Shown piece after piece: positions 62,125-64,000 of a stretch of 64,000 bases of DNA (positions are counted from its first letter, which is position 1; the number at the start of each line of letters is the position of its first letter). The DNA comes from an uncultured Bacilli bacterium (GTDB lineage: Bacteria > Bacillota_I > Bacilli_A > RF39 > UBA660): the NCBI GenBank assembly GCA_949451605.1, contig CASTSB010000002.1:116771-180770 (forward strand). Direction: 5' to 3'. The notes beneath the pieces were generated by a model, which saw only the letters and a program-made list of their open reading frames with translations, was not told the DNA's origin and made no database searches. The translations under genes were made by a program, and so were the position numbers.

Positions 62125-63765
62125 GTGTATAGCAATATAATACAAGCACCAAGTTTTTATAAAGTAGGTTTATATATTAGGTTATCTGAAAGTGACGAAG
62201 ATAAGGCTTATGAATCCGAAAGTGAAAGTATAATTAATCAAAGAAATTTACTTTTGGATTATGTGAAGTCATGTGGTTTTACTTTAGTAAAAGAGTATGT
62301 AGATGATGGATTTACTGGCACAAACTTTGATAGACCAGCTTTTCAAGAAATGATTAAAGATATTGAATCTGGTTTAATCAATTGTGTCATTACAAAAGAT
62401 TTATCAAGATTAGGTAGAGATTATATTCAATGTGGATATTATGTTGAACAATATTTCCCACAAAATAAAATAAGATATATTTCGATTCTTGATCAAGTTG
62501 ATACTTTTTTGGAAACAGCTAATAATGATATTGCTCCGTTTAAAGCATTATTTAATGATATGACAAGCAAAGATACATCTAAGAAGATTCGTTCAATTTT
62601 AAAAAATAAAAAAGAGCAAGGAAAATTTATTGGTAGTAAGCCATGTTATGGATATATGAGAGATACTCTTGATAAAGGTCATTTGATTCCTGATCCAGAA
62701 GTTGCTCCAATTGTTAAAAAGATTTTTAATATGGCATATTCTGGGATAGGTGTAAGTGATATAGTTGGTTATCTAAATGATAATCATATATTAAGTCCAA
62801 GTATGTACAAAAATACTAAATCATCTTCGAGACAAAAAGTGAATGTATGGACAATATCTTCAGTTAATAAATTATTAAAAAATAGAATGTATACTGGAGA
62901 TATGGTTCAAAATGTTCAAACTAAATTGTCGTATAAGTCTCAAAAGAAAATTGCTTTAGAAAAGGAATTCTGGATTATTGTTGAAGATACTCATGAACCT
63001 TTAGTTAGTAAAGTTATATTTGATGCAATACAAAATGCTCCATCAAGAACAAGAGTAACGCATTGTAATAGAGAAAAAAGATTATTAGAAAATTTGCTTG
63101 TTTGTAAAGAGTGTGGAAATTCTTTAAGTGTGTTATATAGAAAAAATAAAAATTATAAAGATGGAAAATATTGGAGTGTTAATTGTAATAAATATGCTAG
63201 AGATCCAAGAAGGCATTTGTGCTATCCTCATTTCTTTCCTTATGATAAATTAGAAGAAAAGATAATGGAAGCAATTAAAAATACTTGCCAAAAATATTTG
63301 AATAGTTTAAATATTAAAGAGCTATCAGAAAAAGTAATATCTTCTAGGTTAACAACTAAAAATGAAAAACTAAAGGAAAGAGAAAAACTAGTTCAAGAAA
63401 TTGAAGAATTAAAACGAAAGCTAGATTCATTATATGATGATAAATTTAGTGGCATTATTTCTGTTGAATCTTATACAAGATTATCGTCTCAAACTGAAAA
63501 GCAAATATCAGCACTAAATTTACGAGTTTATGAGATTGATAATGAAGATAAACAAATAAAAGAAGATGCAAAGGAAATAATAAAGTATGAAGATCAAATT
63601 AAATCACTTTTAAATTTGGATAATCCTAATAGAGAATTAATAAAAACTTTAGTAAAAGAAATATATATTGATAAGGATAAAAACATTGAAATCAAATATA
63701 GATTTAAGGTGCTAGATGATATTAAAATAAATTACGAAGAAATAAAAACTAAAATAGAGAGGTAA
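62125..63765 (+). CDS. large serine recombinase (integrase)
   Basis: Resolvase-type catalytic N-terminus (YIRLSESDED..S..NQ), a recombinase domain, Cys-rich zinc-ribbon (CKECGNS...C..C) and a coiled-coil C-terminus. Confidence 0.85.
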   Translation: MYSNIIQAPSFYKVGLYIRLSESDEDKAYESESESIINQRNLLLDYVKSCGFTLVKEYVDDGFTGTNFDRPAFQEMIKDIESGLINCVITKDLSRLGRDYIQCGYYVEQYFPQNKIRYISILDQVDTFLETANNDIAPFKALFNDMTSKDTSKKIRSILKNKKEQGKFIGSKPCYGYMRDTLDKGHLIPDPEVAPIVKKIFNMAYSGIGVSDIVGYLNDNHILSPSMYKNTKSSSRQKVNVWTISSVNKLLKNRMYTGDMVQNVQTKLSYKSQKKIALEKEFWIIVEDTHEPLVSKVIFDAIQNAPSRTRVTHCNREKRLLENLLVCKECGNSLSVLYRKNKNYKDGKYWSVNCNKYARDPRRHLCYPHFFPYDKLEEKIMEAIKNTCQKYLNSLNIKELSEKVISSRLTTKNEKLKEREKLVQEIEELKRKLDSLYDDKFSGIISVESYTRLSSQTEKQISALNLRVYEIDNEDKQIKEDAKEIIKYEDQIKSLLNLDNPNRELIKTLVKEIYIDKDKNIEIKYRFKVLDDIKINYEEIKTKIER

Positions 63766-63871
63766 AATTATTAATCACACAATTTTACCTTCCTCTATAC
63801 AAATTTTTGAAAAAATAAATTACAGTAAAATCAAGGAAAAAATCGTACCTAATCACATATTTTCCTTCCAG

Positions 63872-63877
63872 AGGTGG
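63872..63877. repeat. attR core (aggtgg)
   Basis: Matches the hexamer at 50869-50874. Confidence 0.5.
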
Positions 63878-64000
63878 AGAAGGTGCAGAAATAGTATATG
63901 CACTTCGAAATAACTCAACTCTAGCAGATATGGCTCTATCTAATATTGAAGATGCAGGGCAAATATCTAGAGGCACATATCAAAGAGTATTACCAGAAGA
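63873..64000 (+). CDS. amidase gene, 3' continuation (partial, runs beyond window)
   Basis: GGEGAEIVYALRNNSTLADMALSNIEDAGQISRGTYQRVLPE is in frame and resumes the Amidase_3 domain directly after ...HINAGG. Confidence 0.6.

Larger units (their letters stand above)
50875..63871. mobile_element. ~13-kb integrated element carrying a large serine recombinase and a defense-gene cargo, inserted in an amidase gene
   Basis: Split amidase halves flank it. The serine recombinase gene ends 107 bp from the right junction. Cargo: Zn-ribbon and HTH genes, Dam MTase plus REase, a GHKL operon and Gabija. Confidence 0.7.

Noticed and set aside
63785-63976. 63-aa minus-strand ORF at the right end of the window.
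   Set aside because: It overlaps the att junction and the in-frame 3' half of the amidase gene on the plus strand. The plus-strand reading continues the Amidase_3 domain exactly, so the minus ORF is spurious.
1-64000. CRISPR arrays, rRNA or tRNA genes.
   Set aside because: No regularly spaced direct repeats were found. None of the intergenic regions has rRNA-like or tRNA-like conserved motifs.

Overview
The window is a very AT-rich (~27-28% GC) Firmicutes chromosomal segment. Its backbone is housekeeping: the 3' end of whiA; a gap-pgk-tpiA-gpmI glycolytic cluster with non-glycolytic genes inserted, including a Spo0A-like regulator; dinB; and the complete S10-spc-alpha ribosomal protein cluster (rpsJ to rplQ, with secY, adk, infA, rpmJ and rpoA, but no rpmD and no map). 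These are followed by degenerate ecfA-like ATPases, truA and rplM-rpsI. After rpsI the sequence becomes accessory. It holds a minimal type VIIb-like secretion locus (EssC, an EsaB/YukD-like protein, small helical proteins, and an M23-like hydrolase with no signal peptide). It also holds an Abi_2 (AbiD/F-type HEPN) gene fused to htrA-corA, and a 607-aa protein with two internally duplicated HEPN-like motifs. Finally, a ~13-kb integrated element carries a large serine recombinase and has inserted into an Amidase_3 (CwlC/endolysin-like) gene, whose two halves are visible at 50609-50887 and 63873-64000. The element's cargo is a defense island: a Dam-family methyltransferase with a putative restriction endonuclease, a Gabija pair (GajA OLD-family ATPase and GajB UvrD-like helicase), and between them an uncharacterised five-gene operon built around a MutL/Hsp90/MORC-type GHKL ATPase. 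That operon is the best candidate for an undescribed system. No rRNA, tRNA or CRISPR array was seen.
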